From contig JAQFVV010000003.1 in the NCBI GenBank assembly GCA_028023455.1, positions 16,802,001 to 16,866,000 of the forward strand: a DNA stretch of 64,000 nt. Reading direction: 5' to 3'. The DNA is from Epiperipatus broadwayi (taxonomy: Eukaryota; Animalia; Onychophora). The translations under genes were made by a program, and so were the position numbers. This document shows, in pieces, positions 24,805 to 37,800 of this stretch. The first letter of the stretch is position 1. Each line of letters starts with the position of its first letter. Under the pieces are notes generated by a model that did not search any database, was not told the DNA's origin, and saw nothing but the letters and a program-made list of their open reading frames with translations.

Positions 24805-26639
24805 ATACTATAAAATAGAAATCTTTTTTATTTAGGAAGTTAAAAATTGTTTGTTGCTTTTAAAAAGGAAACTATGTCATGTTGTCTCACAACATACATC
24901 CATGATTCCTCTCAGAAACTCCTTTTCCATGACTGACCATACATCTGCAAACTACTGGTGCCCATAGGAAGAATTCCACAGCTACCTAGCCAATAATGTA
25001 ATTCTAATTTTAGTGTGAACTTTTGAAAGTGAACTATCACAAGTAATGATTGATTTGCAGTTTCTAGAAGACTCTTATTCCAGTTGAATGATCTGCAAGT
25101 TGGACAACTATCTATGTAAGCTCAGATCAACCAGCATGTCTCATTTTTTGTAATCCATTGGCTGGACCATGCCTAATCTGGATTGTGTAAATATAAATAT
25201 ACTATTGGGGTGTAATTGGACTCATTGTGATAGAAGTGTTTAGAAAATTGTGTTTAAATTATTATATTACAAATAGTAATAGTAATGAAAGAAAAAGGAT
25301 AAGATAATCATTATATAAATTGTGGTTAATTCAAATATATCCTATAAATCTGTTATATTGTTTATGTATATTTATTATTACTATTTCATCATTAGATAAT
25401 TTAATGAAAATCGATTCAATCTATCCAGTAGGGCTGATTAGGTGTTAGAACTTTTATATATACTTTGAATTAAAAATCTTTTATAGGGTCTTATTGTCTA
25501 AATAAACTAAGAGGGAGAGAGATTTGGTATTTTTACTAGATACTATTATGTTATGTGTGCACAAAATACCTTCTTGTTGAAATAAAGGTGTTGCTTATTT
25601 CAAATTTGAATTAAATTAATCTCTATGTCTAGGTTCATCAATTTTGTCGCTTGTTTTTCCTGGTGTTATCTCTTTTCTGTTTCCTTTTAATAATGCCATT
25701 TCAAGGTTTCACTACCTACCTACCTATATATATATATATATATATATATAATGTTTATTTAGAACTAGAATTCATGTTTGGAAATAATTGAGTGTAATTA
25801 ATCTTAATTCAGGAGAAAGAATGTTGTTTATGTGGGAAATTAGATAATGATTGAATCATTTCATTAGATTTTCTTAAAATATAGGATTAAAAAACTTATT
25901 GCAAAACTAAATCTTACATGTATATATGCATTTTTTTTATTAATTAAAAAAAATTATATTTACTTACTAAGCATTATCCTTCTATTAACTTTTCAATATG
26001 TTAAAGGGAGTAATAAAAAAATATTATGTGGTAAGCAACTAGCCTATTGTGGCATGCAGGATTCTAGAGAAAAATAAATTATGACCAGTGATCTAAAAAT
26101 GGGAATAAGGTTACCCCTTGTGAGTCTGATTGCAGGTTTTGACCTGGTGATGCCTAGTGGTGATCATGCATGTTTTGTAGGAATAAACTCATACTACCAC
26201 AATATGCATCTCTAAGACATCTATATGATTTGTTAATGAACTATCTATTCCCTTATAATGATCAACAATTTCAACCAGATGAGAACTTTTCCATTTATTA
26301 TCTTTAGATACAGTCTTGGTGCTTTTCATTATTTTATGAATTGTAGTGTTTTTGTCTAAAATCTAATACAATTGCTTTTAATTTGTTTATGATACCTAGA
26401 ATAGTTGGTACTAAATTTACTTTATTTCAAAAGTCTAAACAAAATCTTGACCATTTGCAGCTAATTTCTGATTATCAGCCAATGATTCTGCCTTATATGT
26501 GTTACATAACTATAGATTTTTTTCTTAATCATCATATGTTTATGAGTTTGAATAAATATTGAAGATCAGATATTAAAGAGAAATGAAAGACTAATTTTAA
26601 AACCACAATCTTTAAAAAACAAAAATTACATAAAATAGT

Positions 26640-29600
26640 ATTTTTATTTAATTCTATGAATAATGTTAATATGCGAATACAAGAAAAGATTACTTTCTGT
26701 TAGGAAATTAAATAAATAATTGTCTGACCATTGCTTTTGACCTGGGGTGGGGTGTCATAATCATAGACCTTCAGCTTGTCATTCCACCTAGTGTTAATAT
26801 TGAAGAAAACATCATCCTAATACTTACTGGTTAATATGTAAATATGTATTTTATTGGTTGATAAGTAAATTCATAATTTAAATGTTTCACTTCCAGGACA
26901 AGACTATGCAGGAGTCTTTGTTGTTTACTGCATGGTTGTTATTAGTGATAAACTAGGCTTCTTTAATTTTTTTCTTTTTATTGCACTCAGCACAAACTAT
27001 TTTAATGTTTTGTGGATCAAAATCATGGCCAGAATTTAATTGGTGCTCAAGAAGCACTGACTTTACATTGAGATCTTTTTTGTATGAGAGTGTATAGCTG
27101 AATAGAAACTGTTTCATAAATGCTCAGAATTTGTGTTTAGATCTAGTTTCTAAAATTCCTGTCTTTCACTGACGATAGCAAATAGCTTGAAATCATGATC
27201 TGAAAGTGGAATTAAAATTAAAGATAGTGAATGCATGCTTTGACGTTTATGTAAACAAATGCTTGACGGTGTTTTTGGTAGAACGCCATCTGTTGACATA
27301 AATACAAGCATTAGCAAGTTTTTAACTTGTTTTTTGTTTTTCATAAATGTACCTTTGAGGTCTTTCTAGCAATGATATATATTGCAGAGGCTTCTACTAT
27401 GTGGTGATGCTGAACTGAGATCAGACCCTTGTAGCTATCTGGCTTGCTACTTGCTATGCTGAGTTTGAAGACATTACGTGCCTAAAAGATTCACGCTTGC
27501 AAGCTGAATAGAAACTGTTTCATAAATGCTCAGAGTTTGTGTTTAGATCTAGTTTCTTATTCCTGGCTTTCACTGACAATAGCAAATAGCTTGAAATCAT
27601 GATCTGAAAGTGGAATTAAAGTTAGAGATAGTGAATGCATGCTCTGACGTTTATGTAAACAAATGCTTGATGGTGTTTTTGGTAGAACACCATCTGTTGA
27701 CATAAATACAAGCGTTAGCAAGTTTTTAACTTGTTTTTTGTTTTTCATATATATATATATGGATGTTATGTCAGCCCAATGGTGATATTTGTTTGTGATT
27801 CCCCATTATAGACTGACTTGAAGCTGTTTTCATTGCATCTAATTTTATAAACAACCTGGAGAGGCTGGTTTGGAGGCATAACTTTTATGTTGTTTATAAA
27901 TCTATTATACTTGAAGAAATTCTAAAACTGACATTAAATGTATCAGCACATAAGCTTTTTAGCTGTTTTAAAAACCAGGCATAAAGGGGAGACTTATCAA
28001 CTTAGTAGTATTGTCATATTTTGGAGGGCGAGTATTTAATGTAGAATAAAATTTTCTAAGTGCTTTAAATAAAATATTATGCTTATATCTATGTTGTTCA
28101 AATCTTTAATGTATCTTTCAATATTGTTCTTTCAATCCTTTTCATATTTGGGTAATTTATTTGAATCCTATGGAGAAAATATCTAAATCTTGACAGCTTG
28201 TGTGAGATGGGAGTGCACAACTGAGGATATATAGCTCTGCAAACATTGAAGAGTTTTATTATTATTATCATGTAGTTTATCTCACTTTCAGATCTTTGAA
28301 TGTATAGGTCTAAAAATTTTATACCCATGTGCCCATCTTCCTGTTCTATTATCCAAACTAAAGATTAGCTCTCCATTAAAACATTTATTTTATTAATTTT
28401 ATTCTCCAATGCACAGATTAACACATCATCTACATAATGAATATAGAAAGATTTTCTCACTACAGAAATAAATTTGATGATAAATGTTTCTTTGTATTTA
28501 TTTAGTTTTAAGCTACAGAGTATCATTTACTGGTAATCCCATAGGCCAGCATGCTCCATCTTGGAAAATTTGCTGTTAAATATCATCATAATGTCAATAT
28601 CAATCAACCTCAGTGCATCAACAAGAACTCAGTCTTACTATGACTAACCCTAAACTTATTAATAAATCATGGACTATATCTATAGACCTTTGATGTGAGA
28701 CAGAGCTGTATAGCTCAACTATGTTGAGAAAAGCAAATTTAGATTGGGAACTCAATTTTTGTGCTTTTAACATCTGCACCAGTCAAATGAGGACTTAATT
28801 GCAAAGCTACCAAATCCTATATAGTCAATGAGCCATTCATCTATTAATTTACTATCTTATAAAAATAAGTACCCCCAAAATCTATTAACAACATAAGGGG
28901 GTTATTTGCTTTGTGAACTTCTATTTGTATAAAATTCTTGAGGAAATGGAAGCAATTGGTTAAATTCTATGATATTCTGCTTTACTGACAGTCATATTCT
29001 AATGTTTTCTCAATATAAATACCACAAATTTATTTTTCATCGACTTCAAATTGTAAATTTCAATTATTTTAAATTGAAATTTATCAATTTGCTCGATTTT
29101 GCAGTTATATTCACCTCCAGTTAGCACAATAAAACTGTTCCCTTTATCCTCTTTCAAATATTTAATTTGATTAGCTTGAAAATAATTTCTAATTATTTTT
29201 ATGTTCTTTATCCTCATATTTTTATTGTTTTGTGTCCTATTCCACAATGCCCATTACTCACCACACCTTCTTTTAGAGACTATCCTCATAGCCTCAATAT
29301 CAGCTATTACCTCCATACAAAGATATTTCTATCTATCCCCAACAAGTTTTGACCCAAAGATGAGCACTTGCTTTTATATTTTAGGAGAGAGGATGGTTGG
29401 TAGAGAATGTTTTGTCAGATTAATGAACATTTCACTAGCTTCGTTAGTTATTATTACTTACTGCTTATTTGCTAAAAATCTTAAATTCTTGTCATATTGT
29501 CTGCAAAGCTTATTTGCTATATTTTGACATTTTTTGTTTAAGCTTTTGGGGATAGTGAAACTCTTTATTATATACATTCTATGTTTTCAGTACCTTCTTA

Positions 29601-30800
29601 CACCCTTGAAGATTCCTTTGAATTAATTGTATTTTTAAATAAATTAAAATTTTATCTTTTTGATATATAGACTTACTTATGTATATATTGCAACAATTGG
29701 GAAAGACTTGATAGTACAAACAATTTGCTAAAAACTTGAGTCTTTCTTTTTTATATAGTTACAGCCATTAATATCTTTAAGGCTGTTTTAGGTCCATGGA
29801 TAATCTGTACTATAATTTTTCTTCTTTTTTAAAATATGTAATTCTGTGAATTATGTTAATATGCTAATACAAAAAAAGATTACATTCTGTTAGACAATTA
29901 AAGAAATAATTTGCATAGCATTGCTTTTGAAGAGGGAGGTCATAATCATGGCACTTCAGCCCATCAATTCATCTAGTGTAAATATTGAAGAAAACATGAT
30001 CTTGATATTTTCTGGTTAATATGTAAATACTTAATTTATTGGTTGATATGTAATTTACTTATTCCATTTCTGGATGAGGTTATGCAGGAGTCTTTTATTT
30101 ATCGCATGGGAATTATTACTGATAAATCAGACCTTTTTAAATTTTCTTTTCCTTTCCTTGTGCTCAGGAAAGTCCATTTGATGTTCCATGGATTGAAATC
30201 ATGGCCAGAATTTAATTGATGCTCAAGAAACACTGACTTTACATTAAGATCTTTTTTGCATGAGAGTGTGTATATATGGATGTTCCAGTTTAGTGGCCCT
30301 ATTTTCTTGTGATTCTCTATAATAGACTGATTTGTAATTGTTTTAATTATATCTTATTGTATAAACAATCTGAAAAGTCTGATTTGGCAATAACCTATTC
30401 TTTGTGTTATTCATAAGCCTATTTAGATTTAAAGAAGTTTTAAAGCTGACATTAAATGCATCAACACATATGATTTTTAGTCATTGGAATAGACCAGGCA
30501 TGAAGGGGAGACTTATCCACTTCGTAGTAGCATTGTCATATTTTGGAGGGTGAGTATTTAATGTAGAATAAAATCTTCTAAATGTTTCAAATAAAATGTT
30601 GTGCATATATTCCACATTGATAAAAATTTTAATGTATATTCCAGTATTGTTTTTTTGATCCATATATGGATAACATATGATTCCTATAGAGGAAATACCT
30701 AAATCCTCGCTAGCTTGTGCAAGATGAAAGTGCTTAATTGAGGATGTATAGCTTCATGACCATTGAAAGGTTTTATTATCATCATGTAGTCTACTTCATT
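26640..30800 (-). mobile_element. Penelope-like element (RT + GIY-YIG endonuclease) with an upstream partial tandem copy (pLTR-like organisation); decayed
   Basis: Minus-strand translations give IKYLKEDKGNSFIVL (KADKGN motif, about 29150), FNSKF...PMGLPV (about 28550), IKFLDLYIQR (about 28310), VVYKIRCNEN...VYNGES (GIY-YIG, about 27800-27860) and EHQLNSGHDFDPQNIKI (about 27030). 26640-28330 is repeated, diverged, at 29800-30800. Confidence 0.85.
27097..27747 (-). mobile_element. Unit-spacer-unit dimer of the 10-kb repeat family inserted at a TA site within the Penelope endonuclease region
   Basis: Units 27097-27343 and 27503-27747 are highly similar, with a 159-bp spacer. Flanks are gagagtgtata| and |tatatatatatggatg; the paralog at about 30265 reads uninterrupted gagagtgtgtatatatggatg. 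Confidence 0.85.
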
Positions 30801-32252
30801 TTCATATCTGGAACAACAATAAGGCTATACTATAGAAGCCATTTTTTTATTAAATTAAATTCAGACTTTCATGTTTCCTAAAGTTATCCACTCCATCCTG
30901 TACAACTAATAAACATGATAACATATATGGGGAAAAAAAATATTTCCAATATACATATTTCATGTTGCACCAGCATTCATCAGTTGGTTCAATATATATA
31001 TATATAAAATCAAAAAGCAATGTCTAGACTTAAACTGAAATATAAAGGGTAAGATTTATATTTTTCTTATAAACTTTGCCGAAATTTAGACAATGCCTAA
31101 ACTCTTACTACCTAATTTAAGATGAAATTAATTTTGTTAAAATGACTATAATTAATTCAAGTTTTATTTTATTTATTTATTTATTGTTATAATTTGATAT
31201 GTGATAATTGTGAAAAGAAATATGCTATTTATTTGTTAATGTGACCTGAATTTTCTTCTCTCCAAATCTCTCACCATGTGAAATTTAGTTAAGACAAAAT
31301 TTGTTAATTATATTGTTTTCTTTTAAAATATTCAATATTTAACCACTAAATGAAGGGAGTTTCCTTGTTCAGTTTGAGCTAACTAAAGAAACAAATGCTA
31401 CAAGCATTTTAAATCTCTTGTGAATATTCCTGTTAATTCTGGTGCCTGGGTTCAATACAAATATAAGTCAAAGTATCCAGAGGAGAGGTATTTTGTTTTA
31501 GTAGTCAAAAAGCAGATTTAACAATCTTGAAAGATGGCCAGAGTCTGTGTATTTATAAACAATATCCAGTCTGACCATTAGTTTAGTTAATATGTAAAGT
31601 GTTGATTATATTTTTCTCTCTGTTTGAATAATGGTATGTACTATACTGGCCACCTACACATTATCAACCTAAACCCAGAGTCCATATTCAAACCCAGTTG
31701 AACCAAAGAATTAAATCCAAGATCAAACTGAATTCAAACCCAACTCACGAGCTCAGATCAAATCAATGGATGACATGTGTTGACGGCATGTGACTATGTG
31801 CCAAGAAATTAGCTCAATGGATGATGATGATTAGAGACCCCTGATCTTATTCTACTAATGTACAATAAAATAACTAAAGATATCAATATATGTATGTTTG
31901 GGTTGCCAATACAGACAGCGAGCATTAATTATTAAATAATAAAGAAAGTTAAAAACCAAATGTATTATATAAAATGTTTAATAAGAATAACTATTTTTGT
32001 TCAATTTGTTTATGATCAATATTATATATATTTTACCTTTAGTCTTTAAGAATGGGAGTTACAATTTACAATAAGAATGGCAGTCATTCTCATATGCCAA
32101 TAATTAAGATGTAATTATATGAGAAATATATGCCTATGCCCTGGCAAAGAAAACAAAGGTGGATAAAGGTATTTGGTGTGGAACAAAATTATGATTCTAA
32201 TTTTAAAAGAAACAATGTGAGATTTATTCTCACACATCTGTAAAGCATTTCA

Positions 32253-32964
32253 CGAAAGGCATGGTAATTATTCAGGGCATAACTTTAATATTTAACACAA
32301 AACTTATTTATTTATAAATGAATATGAATTTATTCGACTTTAATAAAATCAATTTATCACAATTTATGAGCATGAGAGTGAGGGCATAACTTTAATATTT
32401 AACAGAAAACTTATTTATTTATAAATGAATATGAATTTATTCGACTTTAATAAAATCAATTTATTACAATTTATGAGCATGAGAGTGAGGCTTTATTGGA
32501 ACTGAGAAATAAATGGTACTGATATCTTATGAGCTATAAAAATGAATATGAAAGATAATGGCTTGATGGTGATTTAAGTAGGAGGGCGGCTTGTGTTTTA
32601 CGAGTCTTTCTGCCCTATCAAGGAGACATGGAACACAGAGAAAGCCAGACCAGGTCATAGCTGCAAACCTTTGGTGTTCCAATATAATAAAGAATGAGTG
32701 AGAAAGTGACTTCTTCCTAGGTAATTAAAGTAACAAGAATATCACCGATGATAAGCCTACGAAGCAGGAGATGACTCGCATCAGCAATGTTTGGAAAATG
32801 ATAATTTGATAGTCATCATGTTGAAGTAATAAAAGCCATTTTATATAAAGAATGCTCTGTATAATGACCTGATCAAGTTGAATTAAAGTCGAACATGCTT
32901 TAATTACAAGTATTTAACGCAATTATAAAATTATGCTAATTATACCCTAAATATCATGCCCTCC
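32253..32964. mobile_element. Probable non-autonomous DNA transposon with ~30-bp imperfect TIRs (mariner-like CGAGGG-type ends)
   Basis: Left end cgaaaggcatggtaattattcagggcataact is approximately the reverse complement of right end aattataccctaaatatcatgccctcc. No transposase was recognised. Confidence 0.45.
32274..32490. repeat. Near-perfect tandem duplication, 107-bp period
   Basis: agggcataactttaatatttaac...atgagcatgagagtg starts at 32274 and again at 32381. Confidence 0.92.
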
Positions 32965-33638
32965 TTGAATATTAATAGAAAGCATAAAATTTAAATTAGA
33001 ATATATTTATTTACTTTTCTTTATCGACCTTTAATAAGACATTTTAACATTATTAATATGAATAAATAAATATTATGAACTCAATAAAATAGCCGGGAGC
33101 ATAGGTTAAAAAATGGCTAATAGTCATTATTAGCCATCAGTAAAATAGCAAGCATTTAATAATTCCTTCAACTCGATAATTAGTAGAACTGTATTAATCT
33201 AGTTCTAATGGGCAAGAATTACTATAAAACTTAATACTATATTATTTTCATAAGGTAAATGTAACAAAAGGGATTATTATCAAGTTGAAGTATTATTGGT
33301 ATACAATGAAAATAAATGACATTAATAATTATTTAATAAATATATATAATAAGTTAGTTACGAGCTACCATCATGAGAAAGGGAAATTTAACAAAGTATT
33401 AATTTTAAAAACTAGAGATAGAAAAAGATAGTTATTTATACAGATTAAGGCATTATGAAATGAGAAGAGCTTTTAACAGTAATAATTTTAAAAGGTAGTG
33501 TAAATTAAAGTTTTGAAACTGGCCAGAAAGTTACAGTTCATTAAAGAAAGATATTACCATTTCTTCTGTGGTTGGTTCCTTAGTTTACATGGCAGAGTCT
33601 GATTGGATTGAAACATAGGCACACATTTTAATTTATAC

Positions 33639-33759
33639 GGATAGCATTTGGGTTAAATTCTTTCAGATCTTGACAGTTCATGACTGGTAATGGACAAGTT
33701 TTCTTTGCAGCTACATTTGAAGATACTCTGGGAATTTCGGAGGTCCAGCAATCAGATCC
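33639..33759 (-). CDS. Candidate internal exon of an unidentified gene (GSDCWTSEIPRVSSNVAAKKTCPLPVMNCQDLKEFNPNAI)
   Basis: Minus-strand acceptor ggctaacttcag|, a 121-nt open frame and only a weak donor |gtataa. The peptide was not recognised. Confidence 0.2.
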
Positions 33760-34706
33760 CTGAAGTTAGCCATGAATCATTATGGAAACACTATGAAGAT
33801 TCATAAATTTCAATGTACATAGCTTCTAGTAACAGTATGACTTCCCTTTCTTGAAATTTTTCCAGGCTATTTATACCTGTTCTCTGGTTTCCTGCCTATT
33901 CTGACTCTTAATGCTTTCAGGCTAAAGCTTCTTACATTATCAAAGTTACAAATTTTTGTTAATTGATTTTAGATACATTCCTTGATAAAGCTTTCAAACT
34001 CATTAACTTTGAATTCATAGATTTTAATTAGGAACCATCCTTACATTTTAAATTATTATCTTTTTGCTAATTAATAAAAATTTCCCCATTGTCTTTGGGA
34101 GCGGGCAATCTGAAAGATCATCGAAAGAATGTAGCTTTTAATCACAGAAATTTGAACAAACTGGTATAAGTAAAAATAAACATTCCGATGCAATGAAACT
34201 TTATAACGAATATATATATTTAATTATTTATAAATACATACACACAATCCACGCAGTTATAATATATCCATTTTCATGAATAATTTTATCATGAATTTAT
34301 TAATGATATTGGTTAGTTTAAATATTAAAGTAGTTGATTTTAACACATGTTTATATAATACTGTTTTTTTTATTGAAACTAGCATGTATTAAATGTATAA
34401 AGCCCCATTGCATTAGGAAATTCATGGTTAGTGCTAGGGTTTGAAGTGGGCTACAGATGAGATATCATGAAGCTAATATCAAACTTAGATCCGACCGCTT
34501 CTGTACATAATCTAAATTATATAAATAAATAAAAAATTAAAAAATATCAAAAAACATAATCTGTTATAATATATATGTGTATATGTTAAAACATGCAATA
34601 CAATGAGTTATTTAAATGTTAGAAATCTAATCAATTGCAGAATAATTCCAACATAAACTGAGTTATTACAGAACAGAGCATCCGTCAGGGTTTTTAAATA
34701 ATAAGA

Positions 34707-34845
34707 TTTTATATAGCGCTCTGGTTTATTACTGTAATAGTGATATTAGCGATTAATTCATTTATAATTTATCTTGAAAGCGCATGTGCATTGTCTTAAT
34801 TGCTAATATCACTATTACAGTATTAAAACAGAGTGCTATATAAAA
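34707..34845. repeat. Imperfect palindrome (~50-bp arms); partial second copy at ~35091-35153
   Basis: ttttatatagcgctctggtttattactgtaatagtgatattagcgattaa pairs with ttaattgctaatatcactattacagtattaaaacagagtgctatataaaa. The loop and inner right arm recur at 35091. Confidence 0.8.
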
Positions 34846-37800
34846 TAATATCTCATTATATATATTTAATTTCAACTAAAGAATGACGGGTCGTAAATTG
34901 TAAAGATTTCGCAGGCGTCATTCATTCAAACATAACAAATGTAATTTAAAGTAATTGCGTAACACCTTCACACTCTCATTTCCATACACTTCAGATTTGC
35001 CCATACATACATGTTTGGGTTGAAAGAATGGGTGGATTCATTCCATTCTTTCTAAAATACTATATCTTATGTATGGAAAAAGTAAGAGTATTCATTTATA
35101 ATTTATCTTTAACGCGCATGTGCATTGGCTTAATCGCTAATATCACTATTATAATAAGAAGATTGTAATCTGCACAGTTCTAGGTTCACTAACCACAGTG
35201 ATGAGAGATTAAATCACTTCTTCAGTCACTTTTTATCTTGCATTCTTCGCTGGTTGGATATTATGCACACCAATGCTGATTTTAATCTAGTATCTATTAG
35301 TCTGCTGCCTATGTTTTTATATTGATTATTGTTTTCTGAAGTAAACAAATTACATTTTAATTTACCTATAATAAAAGATTTATGCTTATGTTAGAATAAT
35401 TCTATTATGATCAGAATTATTTACTGAACAACATGACCCTCAGACTATGATCAGAATTATTTATAGAACAGCACAACTCTCAGGTTTATCAAATAATAAT
35501 AGGATTGGGTCAACCTAAACCTTAGTTTTACTTTGGCACTTACAGTGGTGAACTCTATTTAGAAAAAAATTAGTTGCTTCTGCTGAAGTTCTGGTGGTCG
35601 CATTCTGTTTTGACTGTTCTATTTTCCTTTTTGTTTTAGCAATTGAATATTATACACGTCATTTGGCGACTACCATTCGGCTCTCCTAATAGACTGCTGC
35701 CTTGGTTTTTATATTAACTGTTGTTATTATTCTCTGAAGTCAACAGATTAAAATTTAATAATAATTTTTGTATTTAGAAGCACATTAATTACCAGCGTTA
35801 TCAATTCCTGTTATAATTAAGAATGTGTTTTATCTTAGAGATAGTTAATCCGTTGATTAAAAAACTATGATTGACCTAAATAAAATTAATATTTTTTGTA
35901 TAACAGAAATGTGGAAGTTTATTAATGTGATATAGAAGAAAATTGTTATGGATCCGATAAATGGAATTAAACTTAGAGACCTTTATTCTACTGTGGATCG
36001 ATAATGGATAGAAGTGATAAAATTATATATATTTAATTTAAGGAATGATTGCATGTATGCCAAACACACACACACACATATGTATATATATATATTTAAC
36101 AATACGTATATATGTAGTTAACAGATAGTTTCAACAACTGGTTTTACTAAACTATTACTGATTAATTAGTTTAATAGTAACTTCACGTAGTCATTGCAGT
36201 TTTCTAGTTTAATTTCATACTTCAAAATTGATAACTCTTTTCCAGATAAGAATTGAAGTAGAATTTGTTACTACCGATCTATCATTTGTTTTTGAATCTC
36301 TTGATATTTAGTAAATTTTCTCTGTAGAATAAACAAATATCAAAAGTTAAATGCCGCTAGTACTCTGTCTTTTTTAATTACACACAAAGCGAGGTTTTTC
36401 AATCTTATAAATAATTGATTGAAAATTTAAAATTAAAAAGTGATTTTTTTGCCTTCGTAATTTAGATTTTCTTATCAGTTTAAAAAAAAAAAAAATCTTG
36501 GTTCATCTGAAAGTGAAAATTTCTAATTACTCTCGCAACTTGATGAGAAATTAAATGGTGCTTTTAGGCCGTCAGTTTAATATTATTTAAGTAAAAGATA
36601 GTTGGTCATGAAATTTGTATTACGTTAAGAGAATGATAAATAATAGGAAATTTGGATATAATATCATATTGCCTAATTACTGGACATGCCTTTACTTATT
36701 ACAAGGTTTTCTTATATAATCATAGTCGAATGATTACTCACCCAGAAAATCATATATCGAACACTAGAAATTAAAGACTGAACTTCCGATCCAGGAAGCA
36801 TTTAACTCTTAGTCTATCATTCTACCTATTCATTAACTATACAGGGCTATACATATATTTAATTTACGTTATCTATATAAACTTATATAGAAATCCCAAT
36901 ACAGGGTAAAGATCTTTTAAAACAGCTCAGTGCCCTTCCTTCCATTACAGAAACAGTGAAAAAAAAAGAATTACGTTGCATGCTTGTCAATTGCCTGGTA
37001 TAAGGTCTCGAACAGGTTTCAATCCTTTTTACTGTCGAACCAGGACATTTTAAAATTATTGAAAAGGCTTATTTAAAATAGTCTACTAAACAAAGTAACA
37101 TAAATATACTTTTATATATTAAGTAAAAATAAATATATTTATTAAAAAAATCACACATGTATTCAATATAATTTTTAATTTTGTGTCTATTTTAATTCAG
37201 CATTTGAGGCGGTTGTCCTGCTATCTCATCCAGAGAACCAATCCTGCATTCAGCTAAGAGTCATAGATACTCGTTATTCAAATCTATATCAAGGCATGAC
37301 ATTACATCTTAAAATGCTTTTAACATATTGCTTTAGATAAAAACAAATCTAGATGCATAACCTGTATTATAATCAAAGTCACACTTAAAATACAGATCAA
37401 GCCGAGCATTTGTGAAATTTAGACAGAGGAATTAATATTATTGTATCGTGATGCAACATATTAAAGGAAGAGTATTACGAGTGTGTACTGCAGATATACG
37501 CGTTGAGAGCATACATAGGCAGTTATACTGAATTTTAAATCACTTTTTTTAAATATTAGATTACTTGAAGGAGGGGGGGAGTAACAGTGAATTTAATTAT
37601 TATACATGCAGTAAGTACGACAAAAATAGGATAGCAATAAAATGTTTAAAACACGTGTGTGCATTTATTTCTACATATATATGAACCTAGTAAAAATATA
37701 TCACAGAACCCGTGAATCAATTAAATTATGTTTTGAAATATATTTGGGGGGAGGAGGAGGGCAGATGCTGGTTATCCAAGAATAATATAGTAAATCGGAA

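Larger units (their letters stand above)
20280..26215. repeat. Old tandem duplication of a ~2.2-kb unit (copy 1 ~20280-22415; copy 2 ~22600-26215 with later insertions)
   Basis: Collinear blocks: 20600-20820 with 22685-22900; 20835-21000 with 24345-24512; 21040-21510 with 24870-25320; 22290-22415 with 26095-26215. Confidence 0.85.

Noticed and set aside
27150-27748. Duplicated 63-64-aa ORFs as a tandem gene pair; dimer as a TRIM
   Set aside because: Both ORFs lie in a repeat unit inserted in a Penelope; no PBS, PPT or 4-6-bp TSD supports a TRIM.
37201-37345. Exon candidates on both strands (FEAVVLLSHPENQSCIQLRVIDTRY; ECRIGSLDEIAGQPPQMLN)
   Set aside because: Both strands read equally plausibly, there is no good donor and no homology was recognised.
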